Notes under the pieces: model-generated | Databases searched by the model: none | What the model saw: only the letters and a program-made list of their open reading frames with translations | What the model was told of the DNA's origin: nothing | Shown: in pieces, positions 47,224 to 60,262 of the stretch | How the letters are laid out: each line of letters opens with the position of its first letter | How positions within the stretch are numbered: position 1 is the stretch's first letter | Position numbers and translations under genes: made by a program | From: Lytechinus pictus | Lineage: Eukaryota | Assembly: GCF_037042905.1 (NCBI RefSeq) | Contig: NC_087250.1 | Location: 7,442,001-7,506,000, forward strand | DNA: 64,000 nucleotides | Reading direction: 5' to 3'

Positions 47224-47462
47224 CACAGCAAAAACTGTGGTGTTAACCGGTGTACATAGAGGACCACGCCAGTTATTTTACACCGGTGTTAAATTGGCAG
47301 TGTTATTTGAACACCTATAGGTGTTATTGCAACACCATTGGTTGTTACATTTACACTATTTGGTGTTATGGTAAATCTCGAGGGTGTAATTTTAACACCT
47401 CAGGGTGTGGTCCTCTATTAACACCAACTGGTGTCAGTTTTAACACCACAGTTTTTACAGTG
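47224..47462. mobile_element. MITE with CAC...GTG termini and TA TSD
   Basis: Close copy of 41901-42143. Confidence 0.85.
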
Positions 47463-48865
47463 TACTAAAAAGACTTGCAAATAAATAAATAAATATATTA
47501 TATAATGTACATACTAAGGATAAACATAAAGAACACAGGACAAACATAGAGAATACAAAATGCATTATAAAGGTCTGCCATTGATGAAAGATTTAATGAA
47601 TTTGGCCTGATTTTGGTCTCTTGTTAATCGACGATTGATGATGGCTATTACAGGTATGGCATAACCCAAACAACACACTCTAAAAAACGAAGTGCTAATT
47701 TAGCACTAAATGTCCTTGTATAATGACTGCACTTTGGGTGCTGATTTAGTCATTCAAATTTGAACTCGAAAATCAGCACTCAAAGTGCAGTCACTATATA
47801 CAAGGGCATTAAGTGCTAATTCGCACTTAATTTTTTAGAGTACAGGTGTGAAATAGCTAGAGAGCATGATAGGTTTATTACCAATTCGTCTAACGCCAAT
47901 TCGACCACTCACCGTTTCGTCTAATAACCAGTTGGTCCAATAGCCATTTAGTTAATTTTTATGCTAATATTGTGAAATCGTTTATTTTATTGCAAATTTT
48001 TTTCCCTTTTTTTGCTGACAAAAGTCTTTCCTTTCTTCGGTTGCCTTAACAGGAAATCATCCTTCATGATGACGTCAGCGAATAAACCAAATGTACAGCC
48101 AATGGGGAGCTGGCTGGTAAGACAAAAATCCTCTCCCCCCCCCCTTTCTTCTCCCCCCCCCCCCCCCCATTCCCTTTTTTCTATCTTCTCTCTGTCTATA
48201 TTTTGTCCTTTCGTCTCAGAAAACACAATTTCCCCCTGCCTGCCCCCGACCATTGTCTCTTTTATCATTTGATATACAAAATATAGATGGACGTATGCAA
48301 AACCAGTTGTTCAGCATGCGGAGCTGCCAAATTGTCACCAATTAATACCAATATTTTTCTAATAATGATAGAAACAAAATGACACTAATTTCAAAGTTTA
48401 TAAGTTTATTAAGACTCGATGACCCCACACGGGGTAAAGCGTATTATAAACTACATGGATGTGTATATATATGTACAGTGCATGCTAAATGTCATTTGAA
48501 TATATTAACGCATGAACATTAGATTATTTTTGTTTGTCTAAAATTCAAAATTATATCTTAAACATCATTGCAGGCACTCGTATCAATTAGTATTTGGCAA
48601 TTTAAATAATAGTAATAATAATGGACAAGAAAAGAAAGAAATACAAATCAATTACATTGACCTAGCCAAGGATTGACTATCAATTGTTATTGGGGATGTT
48701 TTGACAATGTTCAGCACCCCCAGTAAAAATAGAATATATATTATATTATTCATATATTCAATCTGGAAAAGTTTGACACTCTTTCTTTTTAGCCTGAATA
48801 AATCAACAAATGTGAGCAAGTACCAGGCTTAACATTTTACCGTATAATTCACTTTCGTCATTACC

Positions 48866-49014
48866 ATGTCAAATGATGTCTTCGTACATTTTATTTTCCA
48901 GAAAGTATTGTTAGTTGTGGTTCTTCTGGCGACGATTATCCTTCTTATCGCATCGCAGACCATGGTGAGCTCTACACCCCACATTGGGATATTCTTCATT
49001 GCGAAACAGAACGA
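48866..49014 (+). CDS. Candidate signal-anchor (TM) exon of GAL3ST-like paralog 2
   Basis: In-frame MSNDVFVHFIFQ-KVLLVVVLLATIILLIASQTM...; acceptor TTTTCCAG| at 48901; donors ATG|GTGAGC (48965) and CGA|GTAAGG (49015). Confidence 0.5.
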
Positions 49015-50463
49015 GTAAGGATGATTTAGGGAGTTTTCATATTGCACGTTGACTGAACTGCGATGTAAGTGCGTCATTTAAATAGTCTGCCATTTCTGCA
49101 TATAAAGTCGACGGTCTGAAGCACTGCGATACACACAGAGCATGCGCAAACACCTCTTGTCAGTCGGCTTATAATGCATGTCCGCTATCCTGGCGAAATG
49201 CGTTTTCAGATGGGGATACAAAAAAGGTCGTCACGGATAGTTGATATGTCAGGTAGGCCTGGTGTCGATCCGTGACGTCATATTTTTCATTTGGGGAGGA
49301 TAAAACAACTCAACCCCCTTAATTGAACAATAGATTCACAACACAAATCGACACCCATGATGTAAGTGCGTTAGTCGAGTTTGGGCATGCGCAGTGTAAT
49401 GCGTTGAACATTAATTGCTCCATTATATAGCTCACTTTGGTATACCGTGAACCCAAATGACGCAGTTACGCTGTGCAGTCCTCTATAATCGAGGTAAAAT
49501 TCTAAATCTCCCTATTAAAGGCTAAGGTTGCCCTGACATCAAATTGGTGTTGATAAAAAGGGAAAAGTAAAAGAATCTATTCATGGTTTTGTAAACATTA
49601 ATCAAAGACTAACATAGCTGTATGCATGGTTTTTTTATGTTTAACTTAAGGTGCGAGCATGTATATCTTGTATATATGTTATGATGTATATTATGTATAA
49701 TATTCCGAGGAAAGTGGAAATATTTGCACTCAACAGAATTATATCATCAGACAGATTACTTAAAGAAACGCTAAAATTAGGGAAATATTTGTAGCCTAGT
49801 CATCATGACACATTGATCAATCGAATTTATGAGATATATGTAATTAATGAGATAATCTATGGGATATATGGCTTATTTTGGCAGTTGCCGGCATATTACG
49901 TCACAAAATGGACAACTCTTAAATTCTTTGATGTAATTTCATGAAACATTAAATTAGTTTCCTTTTTCTGCTAAAAAGCGAACTTAGGCTATATGTGTAC
50001 AGTATGTGTACGTCTTACAAAGAGTTACGATTGATCTGACCATCTTAAAGTATATGGAAATCCAACAATGACATATTTTTTTCTCCAGGAAATTTGCATG
50101 ATGTCCTTTGTAAACAAAGAGAAGCACACTGAATTTTCAAGAACACAATTGCACATCACATCTAGAAAATATTTTGGACAAACATATATTTTAAATATTG
50201 ACGTTGCTGGCTTTCCATATAGTTGTAGTCGATCGGATCGATCGTGACTCTTTGTAAGATGGGGCCCTGATTATTGCTAGTAATTGTTCATGGTGATTGT
50301 ACACAGTGCTGGTGGTGAAAGAGGTGTTGACGGTAGCAGTGATGATGATGATGATGGTAGCTGGTGGGTATTGTGATGATTATGATGGTGCAGGTGGTTG
50401 TGGTGGTGGTGGTGGTGGGGTTGTAATGGTTCTGGAGGTGGTGATGATCGGCTCTGATGGTGC

Positions 50464-51732
50464 TTGCGGTGGATATCCGGTTATCTAGCCGCAGGCTATG
50501 GACACCTAAACTTGGTACCTTCTTTCATTTTCTTCTCTTTTTATTGCACTACATTTTCGCCTATCTTTTGCTTTAATGACAGTAACATCGTGTCAGCACA
50601 GAGTGGTCGTGACATCCTCATGACGTCAGATATTGATGCCAGCAATGTGACGTCTAGCAGGTTCATCAACGGAAGCCCGAATCCTTTGGCGTCGCAGATT
50701 GGCGCAACTTCTGAGGTGGGACCTACCTGTGTACGTCAGAAAAACTTAGCCTTCATCAAGACGCACAAAACAGGAAGTACCACGGTGGCCTCCATCATGC
50801 ACCGATACGCGCTCTCGCATTGGTTATCGTGTTTAGCCTACAAATCAGACCCCACGCGAGGCCACATCAGATTCGATGTGCTCACAGAGCGCTCCAATCG
50901 CAAATTCATCCCACCGCTTGGCGTCCGTGTCGGAGACTACGAGAATTACAAGGACTACAATGTGCTGGCCGTCCACGTGCGCTATCAGCCGGAGATGTTG
51001 AAGAAGTTTATGGCCGAAGAGACGAAGTACATCACAATTCTCCGGGAACCAAGCTCGCATTTCGAGTCTGCCTTTACATTCTTTGGAGCGGAGAGTGAGC
51101 TCTTTGGTGCCCATCACGTCGGCAATATAGCCAAGTTTGCCAAAAAGCCAAGTCAGCACTGGAACCAACTCTCAAGAGGCCATAAGAAATATTACACACG
51201 CAATGGGCAGATGTTCGATCTTTCATTAGACCAAAGGATACACACCGATAGAACGATTGTGAAATCGATCATTGGTGATATAGCAAAGAAATTCAGCTTG
51301 GTCTTGATCATGGAATATATGGATGAGTCGCTTCTGTTGCTGAAGAAATTAATGTGTTGGGACTTCAGGGACATTTCCTACGTCGTGAAGAACCATCGCG
51401 CGCATACCTCCAAAATGGCGGACGGTGTGCGCGCGGCGCTGCGTAAATGGAACTGGGCGGACAACCTGTTATACGAGCATTTTAATGTCACACTGTGGAA
51501 GAAGATTGCTAAATACGGACCAACGTTCGAGGAAGACTTAGTGAAATTTAGAGAAATCTTGAAAGAAGACTACGACGAGTGTGTAGCCCAGGAATTAATA
51601 AAAAGAAAGAATAAAATTGTAAGGACAGAGTTGGCTAATAATTCCGAATATTGTACCAATTTGGCAGGTAGTCCATATCGTTTATTTAACAAAGTTTACA
51701 AACGGCAGATGGGTAACATGAAAATGACTTAA
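50464..51732 (+). CDS. GAL3ST: Galactose-3-O-sulfotransferase family protein (GAL3ST-like paralog 2), intact catalytic exon; the first ~120-140 nt of the ORF are probably intron
   Basis: 5'-PSB NLAFIKTHKTGSTT, 3'-PB YITILREPSSHFESAF, RNGQMFDL, FSLVLIMEYMDESLLLLKKLMCWD, WNWADNLLYEHFNVTLW; polypyrimidine tract and AG acceptors at 50582 and 50601. Confidence 0.93.
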   Translation: MRWISGYLAAGYGHLNLVPSFIFFSFYCTTFSPIFCFNDSNIVSAQSGRDILMTSDIDASNVTSSRFINGSPNPLASQIGATSEVGPTCVRQKNLAFIKTHKTGSTTVASIMHRYALSHWLSCLAYKSDPTRGHIRFDVLTERSNRKFIPPLGVRVGDYENYKDYNVLAVHVRYQPEMLKKFMAEETKYITILREPSSHFESAFTFFGAESELFGAHHVGNIAKFAKKPSQHWNQLSRGHKKYYTRNGQMFDLSLDQRIHTDRTIVKSIIGDIAKKFSLVLIMEYMDESLLLLKKLMCWDFRDISYVVKNHRAHTSKMADGVRAALRKWNWADNLLYEHFNVTLWKKIAKYGPTFEEDLVKFREILKEDYDECVAQELIKRKNKIVRTELANNSEYCTNLAGSPYRLFNKVYKRQMGNMKMT

Positions 51733-52390
51733 CATATTATGCAATAGACATTATATGACGTCATCATCTTATAGCGCCCTCCCTCAGAGGATATAGGAAT
51801 ACGCGTAAACGGAGATTTGTCAGAGATGCGCCAACTGCAGCTCACCTACGCATGCAAGGCAATTATTATTATTGTTCCAGCCACTAAGATGGCGGTGTGG
51901 TGACGTCAAAGAATATGGTTTATGAAACATCATGTTGTATAAGATTGTTGAAAACGGTCTTTATAAGAAATACATCCACCATGAGAATGCAAATAAATGC
52001 GTCCATAGGTTTTAAAAATTTGGGGGACCATTAGCGAGGGAACGAAGTGAGTCAGTGACCAAACCAGATGGGAGCGATACTAGCCTATATTATGTGTCAT
52101 ATTCGTGGGAGCTCAAAGAAAGAAAGTCAAATGCGTATCAGAAAAGTATTATAGATATTGCCTGCCGAGAGGTTGATTATGGTAAATGGAATTTATTTTT
52201 TACCTGATCGCTAAGAAAGCATGAAAGCTTGTAAGCAAGCAACCAAAGGACCGACGGCTTAAGGTCCTCTCCGAGGGACCTGGTTGTGAGGATTTAAATG
52301 CCTTACCAATTAAAGGGCACTAGTGCACCAAGTGAGAATTGAAAAGCGGTCACCAGAATCCGAAACCCCAGATCTACCGAGGCTGAGCTA

Positions 52391-52682
52391 CACTGTTAAA
52401 AAAAACAGATTTTACAGAAAGAAATAACCAAATCATTCTGTAAATTGTTATATCAGGAAAGATTTTTTACAATTTTCTACAATTTTATAGAACAGCTCTG
52501 TTTTTGAAAAGGGGAAAAGAGTCTTATTACAATAATTTTTTTAGGTTACATACACCAAATACCAATTTTCTGTAAATTTACACAAATGCATGTAAAATTA
52601 CGCAGTGCAGTAAGATTACAGGTGTTCTCGAGACTCTGCTGCAGGAATTTTTGTTTTTTGAAGTAGATATTTTCTAACAGTG
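52391..52682. mobile_element. CACTG...CAGTG MITE with TA TSD, inserted into the head of a minus-strand SINE (~52200-52690)
   Basis: TA|CACTGTTAAAAA...TTTCTAACAGTG|TA; flanks rejoin as a reverse tRNA-like head (GCTGAGCTA/TCGCACC). Confidence 0.7.
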
Positions 52683-54171
52683 TATCGCACCAGTCCTCCC
52701 TAATGCGTTCTTTCCTCGATCAATGGAGTTATATATTTCTCCCATGCGATTATCATGATTAATAGTTTGCCTGAAGCGCGAAGCGCGTTAAGGGATTTGT
52801 CCCGAGGAGAAAAAGTGACAAGAAATGTACCCACATTATGCTGCACTCACTGCGGGTGAGATGAATGGGTACCCTGAATTCCTTGAATGCACAACAATGG
52901 AAACGGTAGCTCGAGCTAAAGTTGGGGTAATAATGATAGTGTGCCTCGGAACAGATGGCGATATATAAATGCATATTTTTACATTTAAAAAGAAGTATTT
53001 TCGATGCCACTTTAATTTTATTTTCGATTCATAGCTATATATTACATTATGGATGTTCCTATATTCCCAACTTCAGTACGCATCCACAAGCGGCATTATG
53101 TAAACTAGAATAAGTGAAATTAATATCCATGTTGCGTTTGTCTTTATACTGTTTGAATGAATTAATCATGCCCTATTATATTTAGGCTATTAACTGTTTC
53201 TATGAAATAAATATTTTATATTTATATATTTAATATTAAAGACTTCAAAATGATGTTATTTCCATTCTGGTTTTTATATTTATATATGTAATATTAAAGA
53301 ATTTAACATGATGCAATTTTTTCCATTCTGTACATTTTGGTTTTTATTCTCGACTGAATTCAAAAGCATATACACCCTTAATAGTGTTACATAAATCTGT
53401 TCGTAAAGTTGCTTACGACTATAATGCACGACTGCTTTTTCCTCTTCTTTATTGTCTTTCCATAGCTTCTCTATCTGTTCATTCCACCACCAATAAGGGT
53501 GGGGTCTAGTCACATCTACCAATTACTAGCATGTTTTTAGGGCAACTGCCCCTTCTACTTCCAAATATTCTTTTGAAAAAATCATATTGTATACAATATG
53601 AAAATAAATCTTAAATTTAATGTAATAGTTTTTTTTTTTTTTTCGTTTATTTCCATATACAAATAATTACATTATGTTTTGTACATTTGACATACAAATA
53701 AGCAAAAAAATGTATTTCAAATCTCCATGTAAAAAAAATTATACATATTCAAGATTTTTTACAAGAACAGGTTGGAAATGGAGGCTGCTAAAAAGCGGAG
53801 CTTAAAGAGGGCAGCCTCCTATACATAGTATATATTTTAAAAAATCCACATTACAGCTTGAACATAAACCAGTTAAATTTAAAAAAAAATGGGAGAAAAT
53901 GAAATTGGGAAGAGGGAGATTAATTGGGGTCTCCAGAATCAATCCCCGGCACTCACAAACGGACCTCGCTTATCAACAGGATAATGAAACGATAGTGTAT
54001 TGTAAATATTTATCAAATCAAAATAGATTATGCAAACTAAAAAAAATGTCTAAAATAACGACAAGGGGCGGTATCGGGATATTTTGATGGGGGGCTAAAT
54101 GACCTAAATACATGTATATTTATTTTTACTGACTCAGAGTTAAATGAAAGGCTGTAATGATAATATAATGA

Positions 54172-54720
54172 CAGGTTTCAATATAAGGTTGTGCAACGTA
54201 TATTATTTACAAATGTTTTGCTTTTCAAATTGAAATTAGTTTCAGTAAACAAATGCACCTTCTGTCGAAAAGAAATCGAAACGGTTTTGCATCTATACTC
54301 GGGGTGCAGGCGTGTTAATCACATTTGGAAAGAGTTAGGGGACTGGATTAGGACCAAAACCAGTGAGATGAAAATAAAATATTCGGGTTTATTGGAAAAA
54401 ACAATTGTGCACTCAACTGTATTTTCATTAAAGTAAGAAAAACTGTATATGATTGTAAAATAAACAATACAATTCCTGTTTTCAGTATCATTAAATCCTC
54501 AATAACCAATTATTACCAAAATAAGAAATACATTGCCCAACTAAATTTCAAACAACGCGGATTTGACAAAAGATGGTTTCGATTGAAAAATCTTTTTATT
54601 GTTCGACGTCCACATGTAAAATTATTTTGTTACACTTGTCAGTTCATTGTTTATATTAGTGATTGTATTGTTCATTGTACTCTGTATCTATTGATTTTTT
54701 ATTGCCAATAAAATCCCTGT
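54172..54720 (+). mobile_element. 3' fragment of an L1/Tx1-clade LINE (C-terminal Zn finger)
   Basis: FQYKVVQRILFTN..LFK......CTFC...ETVLHL...C..V..IW; AATAAA near 54708. Confidence 0.75.
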
Positions 54721-55199
54721 AGAGGGGGAAAAAGATTTTTTTTTTAATAATATAATGACAGGAAGCAGACCTCTAATTTGAATACCCTTCTTCTTTCTTT
54801 ACTTCCTTTTCTCCTTCTTTTCTTTGCCGCCCCTCCCCCACTACCTGAAGAGTTATTGGGTTGGTCATCTCACCTTGCCGCCCGCGTGATGAACACATAA
54901 AGAAAGATGAAGAAGTCCTTCGGGGGCCCCGTTAAAAACACTGTTTTTGATAACTGCGATATCGCCCTTTGCGTCTCAGCCAGAGAGGTGGATCATAATT
55001 GGGCTCACATGAGTATTACATACCCTCATTGACTCACGTGTTTGTTTGTTTTATTTTTGTTTCTGCGTTCACAATACACTATCGAAAATATTTACATTGT
55101 TTGCATTATACAAAATAATCCATAATGTATACAATATAATCATAATACATAATTAGAAAAAAAATGGTGTGGGCATATACTTCACATTTTAATAATAAT

Positions 55200-57230
55200 A
55201 AAAGGCAACATTAACAAATCAACGCAGGAGACCGCCATCGTGAGCGGTTAAGCTTGTAATTGATGGCGGCCTCATAAAAAGGGTTTGTGACTAAGTACTG
55301 AACAAGTGGGTGCAATGCAGGTGCGCGTGCTGAAGATAGCAGTAGAATTTATTATTATTTCTTATTTGATTTATAGTGGTTAATTAAGATTAATTTGAAG
55401 TATGGGATGAATAAGATTGAATGATATTTCTTTTAAGTGTTGATTTTAAGGAGTATAAAGTGGAACAAGATTTAATATTGTCTGCAAGATTATTCCAAAT
55501 GTCTGGACCATGATGTCGAATTGATTTAGAGGTAATTAACAGTCTGGGTTTGTGAGATGAAAGTTTCCAGATGTACGAGTTGGGTAGGTATGGACAGAAC
55601 TATTGAACTTAAACATGTCATCAAAAGACGACGGGAGTAAATTATTAATGTACCTAAACATAATGATAGCTACGAAGATTATACAAGTCGGCAACTTTTA
55701 GTGTTTTCTGTTTGAAAAATAAAGGATCAGTGTGAGCCAAGTAATGAGATCCTGTACAAATGCGAATAACTCTCTTTTGTAATTCAAAAATAGAAGTCAG
55801 CTTTGTAGAGCCACAATTAGCCCAAGCAACGTTACAATAAGAAATATACGGTAGTACTAAGGAATCATACAATAGGAATAAAGTTTTAAGAGGCAAAATA
55901 AATTTTAACTTGGAAATAATTCCAATGCTTTTCGAAATACACATTATAATATGGTGCAGATGCTCATTCCAAGATAAAGTTTCATCTTGATAACCCCTAA
56001 AAGTCTAGAGTGAGTTTTCCGTTCTAATGACTTGCCGTCAATCTGTAAGTGAAATTTAGAAATATGAGAATGATGTTTGAAATATATGTAATGAGTTTTT
56101 TGTGTGTTCAAGATAATTTGTTAGTTTTGAACCACTGTGATACTTTATTCATTTCATGATTTAAAATATTGTATAAGGAAGTGAGATTTTTATGATAAAA
56201 AAAATATTTGTGTCGTTAGCGAAAAATACAAAAGATAAATGGATGATGTATTAATAATGTCATTGACATATAGTAAAAATAATAGTGGGCCTAAGATGGA
56301 GCCTTGAGGGACACCACAGTGGAATAAAAGTGAATCAGAGTCATAACCAATAAATGCGACGTATTGTTTTCGATTTCTTAAGTAATCTTTAAACCAAAGG
56401 AGGGATTGACCTCGTACGCCATAACAATTAAGTTTTGAGAGTAGAATGTCGTGATTAAGTGTATCAAATGCCTTACTAAGGTCACAAAATATGCCAATGA
56501 CATGTTATTTGTTAGCAATGGCGTTTGTAAGTTTATCATAGATTTGGATTAAAGCCATGTTTGTTGAGTAATTTTTCCTAAAGCCATATTGATTAGAAGT
56601 TAGCAGATTGTGTTTGCTGATGAATTTATAGAGACTGTTATATACTATTTTTTCTAAGATTTTTGATATAGTTGGGAGAAGAGAAATGGGACGATAATTA
56701 CTAATTTCATGAGGATTGTCTTTTTTGAAAATTGGATTGACTTTGACGATTTTGAATAAGTCATGAAAAACTCCTTGTGATAATGATTTATTAAAAATGT
56801 TACTAAGAGGATTAGCAAGTGGGTGAATTATTTCGTTTAAAAGAGATATACTAATTATATCATGTCCATGCGATTTTGAACTGTTAAGAGACCGTGTAAT
56901 ATTGATAATTTCAGTGGGGTCCGTAGGGTTAAAAAATATAGAGTGTGGATTAGATTCGGAGAGATAGTCGGTGAAACGCGCATTAGGGCTATTATGTTGC
57001 TTGAAAGTTCCGGTCCGATATTTGTGAAAAATGAATTAAACGAATTTGCATGAAAGGAAGAGTCAATTAAATTTTAAAACTGTTTAAAGTCATATCATCA
57101 GTAGGAGGTGGATCTGTCTTTGTTCCCATTACCTCTTTAATTATTGTCCAAGTTGCATTAGTGTTAGAACTGGCGTCCTTTATTTTATTAGCATAATTCA
57201 AATGAATTTTGTCAATTTGTTTCGATATAC
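55200..57230 (-). mobile_element. Decayed 5'-truncated LINE (CR1/L2 group, Crack/Daphne-like) with RT remnant
   Basis: Minus-strand GVPQGSILGPLLFLLYVND, FCDLSKAFDTLNH, degraded FANDTN and LYDSLVLPYISYCNVAW; multiple stops and frameshifts. Confidence 0.9.
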
Positions 57231-59229
57231 TTTATATGTTTTATATGTTTATAGCTTCGGACGGTTTGCGTAAATGTGACTTGTAAAGGCGATAAAGGCG
57301 TGTATGTATTGATTTCAATATACCTTTTCTTATCCAGGGATGTTTGGGGGGGGGGATCGATTATTTTTCATTCTACCTATGGTCTCGGGAGCCCAGCCTT
57401 AGAAAGGTCATTGACCTATGCTGGCTCTCTCATATTCTCATTTATTCTCTTGTTAAATGTATTTCTATTTTTGTATTTAATGTTATTTATTTGTATGTTC
57501 TTTGATTTGAATGTTGTTTTTTAATGAGAATTTGGAATAAATAAATGAAATGAAAGATGAAATGTCCAATGCCATTTCGTCTATTGACTATGTCGTCAAA
57601 TGCTGTTTAGTCCAATATCATTTTGTTCAATAGCCAGTTAGTCTAAGAGCCATTTCGTCCAAAAGCCACTTTTCGTCCCAAGGCCACTTTGTCTTAGAGC
57701 CATTTCGTCCAATAGCCACTTGTGAAAATAATTGACTTTCCAAATATCAGATATACATTGTATATTGATATTCTCTTCAGATCCCAAAAATGAAAATTTT
57801 ATTGTTTTCCTATTTATTTCTCGCTTGTCATTTGTTTCAACAACAAAAAAAAATCAAGAACAAACAAGGTTACAATTCCATGGATTAGAAACACATAAAT
57901 ACTTATAATTCCATGTCCAAATAACCTGCGCAAGAAAGAGAGAGAGAGAGAAGCACTAGCGGTGGGAGCCAAAAAAATTAGGGGGGTCCACCTGACATTT
58001 TGTGATGGACACAGGTAAAACATTTGAAAAGCACAAAAAAAGTTATCAACCAAAATTTTTTGGGGGTCCACCTGAATTGAAAAAAAAAAAAAAAAAAGGT
58101 TATCAACTAACAATTTAGGGGGGCCGTCCCCCCCCCCCCACCTCAAATTTAGGGGGACCTGTCCCCCCCCCCCCCCCCCGCTTCCACCACCTATGGAGAG
58201 AAGGGGAGAGAGCAATAAACCAATACTCCCCCCCCCCCAATATTCAAAACAAACGAGACCAAAATATTTAGCCCCTCGAAAACATAAATTATTTAATGAA
58301 CATTACCCTGCTAAATATCATCGGTTTTTATCTTGTCATTAGAGACAAAGAAATCAAATGAGGCCAAACAAAATAATAATGGAATCTCCAATATTTGATT
58401 ACATTCATTGGATAACTCTGAAAAAAATAATAAAACGTAAACGGACTCGGGGAGAAATTAAAGGTAATACATGTATTTTGTTTTGTTGTTCTTAAATATT
58501 ACAAGAGTTAAGCTTCGGGGATGCAGATATGACTCAAATTTGACTGTCAAATTCGCAACAGCATGAGCCTCGGTTTCACATTCATTGATGGACAAAGGTC
58601 ACATGATTTAATATTCATGAGGAGGATAAAATTGCAGCACCAAAAGTGATCAAACTTGAGGAAACTGGCCATAAGCTGAATGCAGTGGCGTACCGTGGGT
58701 CACGGAATTGGGGGGGCACCAGCAAAAATTTGGAGTCACTTTAAAACACATACACTCTCTCAATAACAAATTGCATGTTTTTATCAAATAATTTTGCAAC
58801 TCCCCAAAAGCCCCTTCCTATACGAGAAAAAAAGCCCCTTTCGTATACATGACGATATGAATAATGTTTGTGCCTAAAACACAAAATTTTGCACAATTTG
58901 CAAGAGAAAAAAAAGGAAGAAAATTCCGTTTGAGGCATCTTTTCATGCCTAAAATTCACTTTATCAAAATATTTTATTCAAAAGAAATAATCAGTATAAG
59001 AGAGCAACGTTTACTCTTTCATATGGTACAAAAATAATCAACTTTACTCAAGGAGAAAGTGGGTAAATTCTTTGAAAAACAAAGTCTCACAATTCACGAG
59101 ATTTTGCAGGGACATGAATGCAGCCACGAGAGGACTTGGATAAATCTTGCTCATTTGCTCATTAACACAGGGGCTTGCAGACTGACTACATCTGTACCCC
59201 CCCCCCTCCCTTCTTCTCTTTTAATCTCA

Positions 59230-59670
59230 CTCATAATGTACCTTTCTTAACGATCCTTTCCCTCACTTGTCTCCTTCTCTCTCCCCTTCTATCCCACTCC
59301 ACCTAATATCATTAACCCCCTCTTAATCTCTATTTTTCTTTCATCCTCGATCCTTTTATCTTTCTTCCTCCAACCTTCCTATTTTCCTCTCTGCATATGT
59401 ATATTAGCTCCCCCTCTCTCTCATCTATACCTCTGTCCGCCACCATCTTCCTCACTTGTCTCCATTTCTCTCTCTCTCTCTCTATCCCACTCCACCTAAT
59501 TTCATTAACCCCCCTCTTTATCTCTATTTTTCTTTCATCTTCCCTCTATCTTTCTTCCTCCTACCTTCCTCTCTGCAGATGTATATTAGCTCCCTCTCTC
59601 TCTTCCTCTCTCTCATCTATACCTCTGTCCGCCACCATCTTCCTCACTTGTGTCCATCTCTCTCTTCCCC
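59230..59670. repeat. Pyrimidine-rich ~200-bp tandem duplication
   Basis: CTATCCCACTCCACCTAAT...ATACCTCTGTCCGCCACCATCTTCCTCACTTGT occurs twice. Confidence 0.75.
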
Positions 59671-60262
59671 TGTCTCTCTCTATTTCTTTGTCCCCCATTT
59701 AATTACTATCTTTAATTCATCCCTCCCTCTCAAATCTTCCCACCTCGAGTTTTATCTTTCTTTCTCTACATATCTCTCTCTCTCCATCGGTTTCTCCTTC
59801 AAACTCACATTCTTTTCATCACTCCTTCCCGCATCAAAACTATTTCTCTCCTCTTCCCTGGCCGCCCGTACTGATGCTCTGGGCAAACTGCTACCAAATA
59901 TTGCATTTCAAAGTTTCGCTTATTTTTAACAAAATAGTTATATGAACGAGCCAGTTACGTCCAAATGACAGAGTCGATGATGTCACTCACTCACTATTTC
60001 TTTTGTTTTTTTATTGTTTGAATTATACAATATTTCAATTTTTACGAATTTGATGATAAGGACCTCCTTGCCTGAAGCACAAAATGTTAAAATAATGTAA
60101 TATTGTGTAATAATATTGATACTGATATTAATGTGCGTGAAGTGCCCAATGAGTAATAGAGAGATAAATAGATATATATATATAAATGAATGAATAAATA
60201 AATAACTAAATAAGTAAATAAATTAATTAATAAATAAATAAAATAAATAAATTGAATAAATT

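Noticed and set aside
50464..50582. N-terminal 40 aa of the 422-aa ORF as the true start or TM segment
   Set aside because: Non-ATG start, and the Phe-rich stretch is a polypyrimidine tract ending in AG, so it is probably intron.
57730..57785. Minus-strand CTGAAGA-hairpin-GAAAGTC hammerhead-like motif
   Set aside because: Stem I does not pair and no stem III can form; probably a chance AT-rich hairpin.
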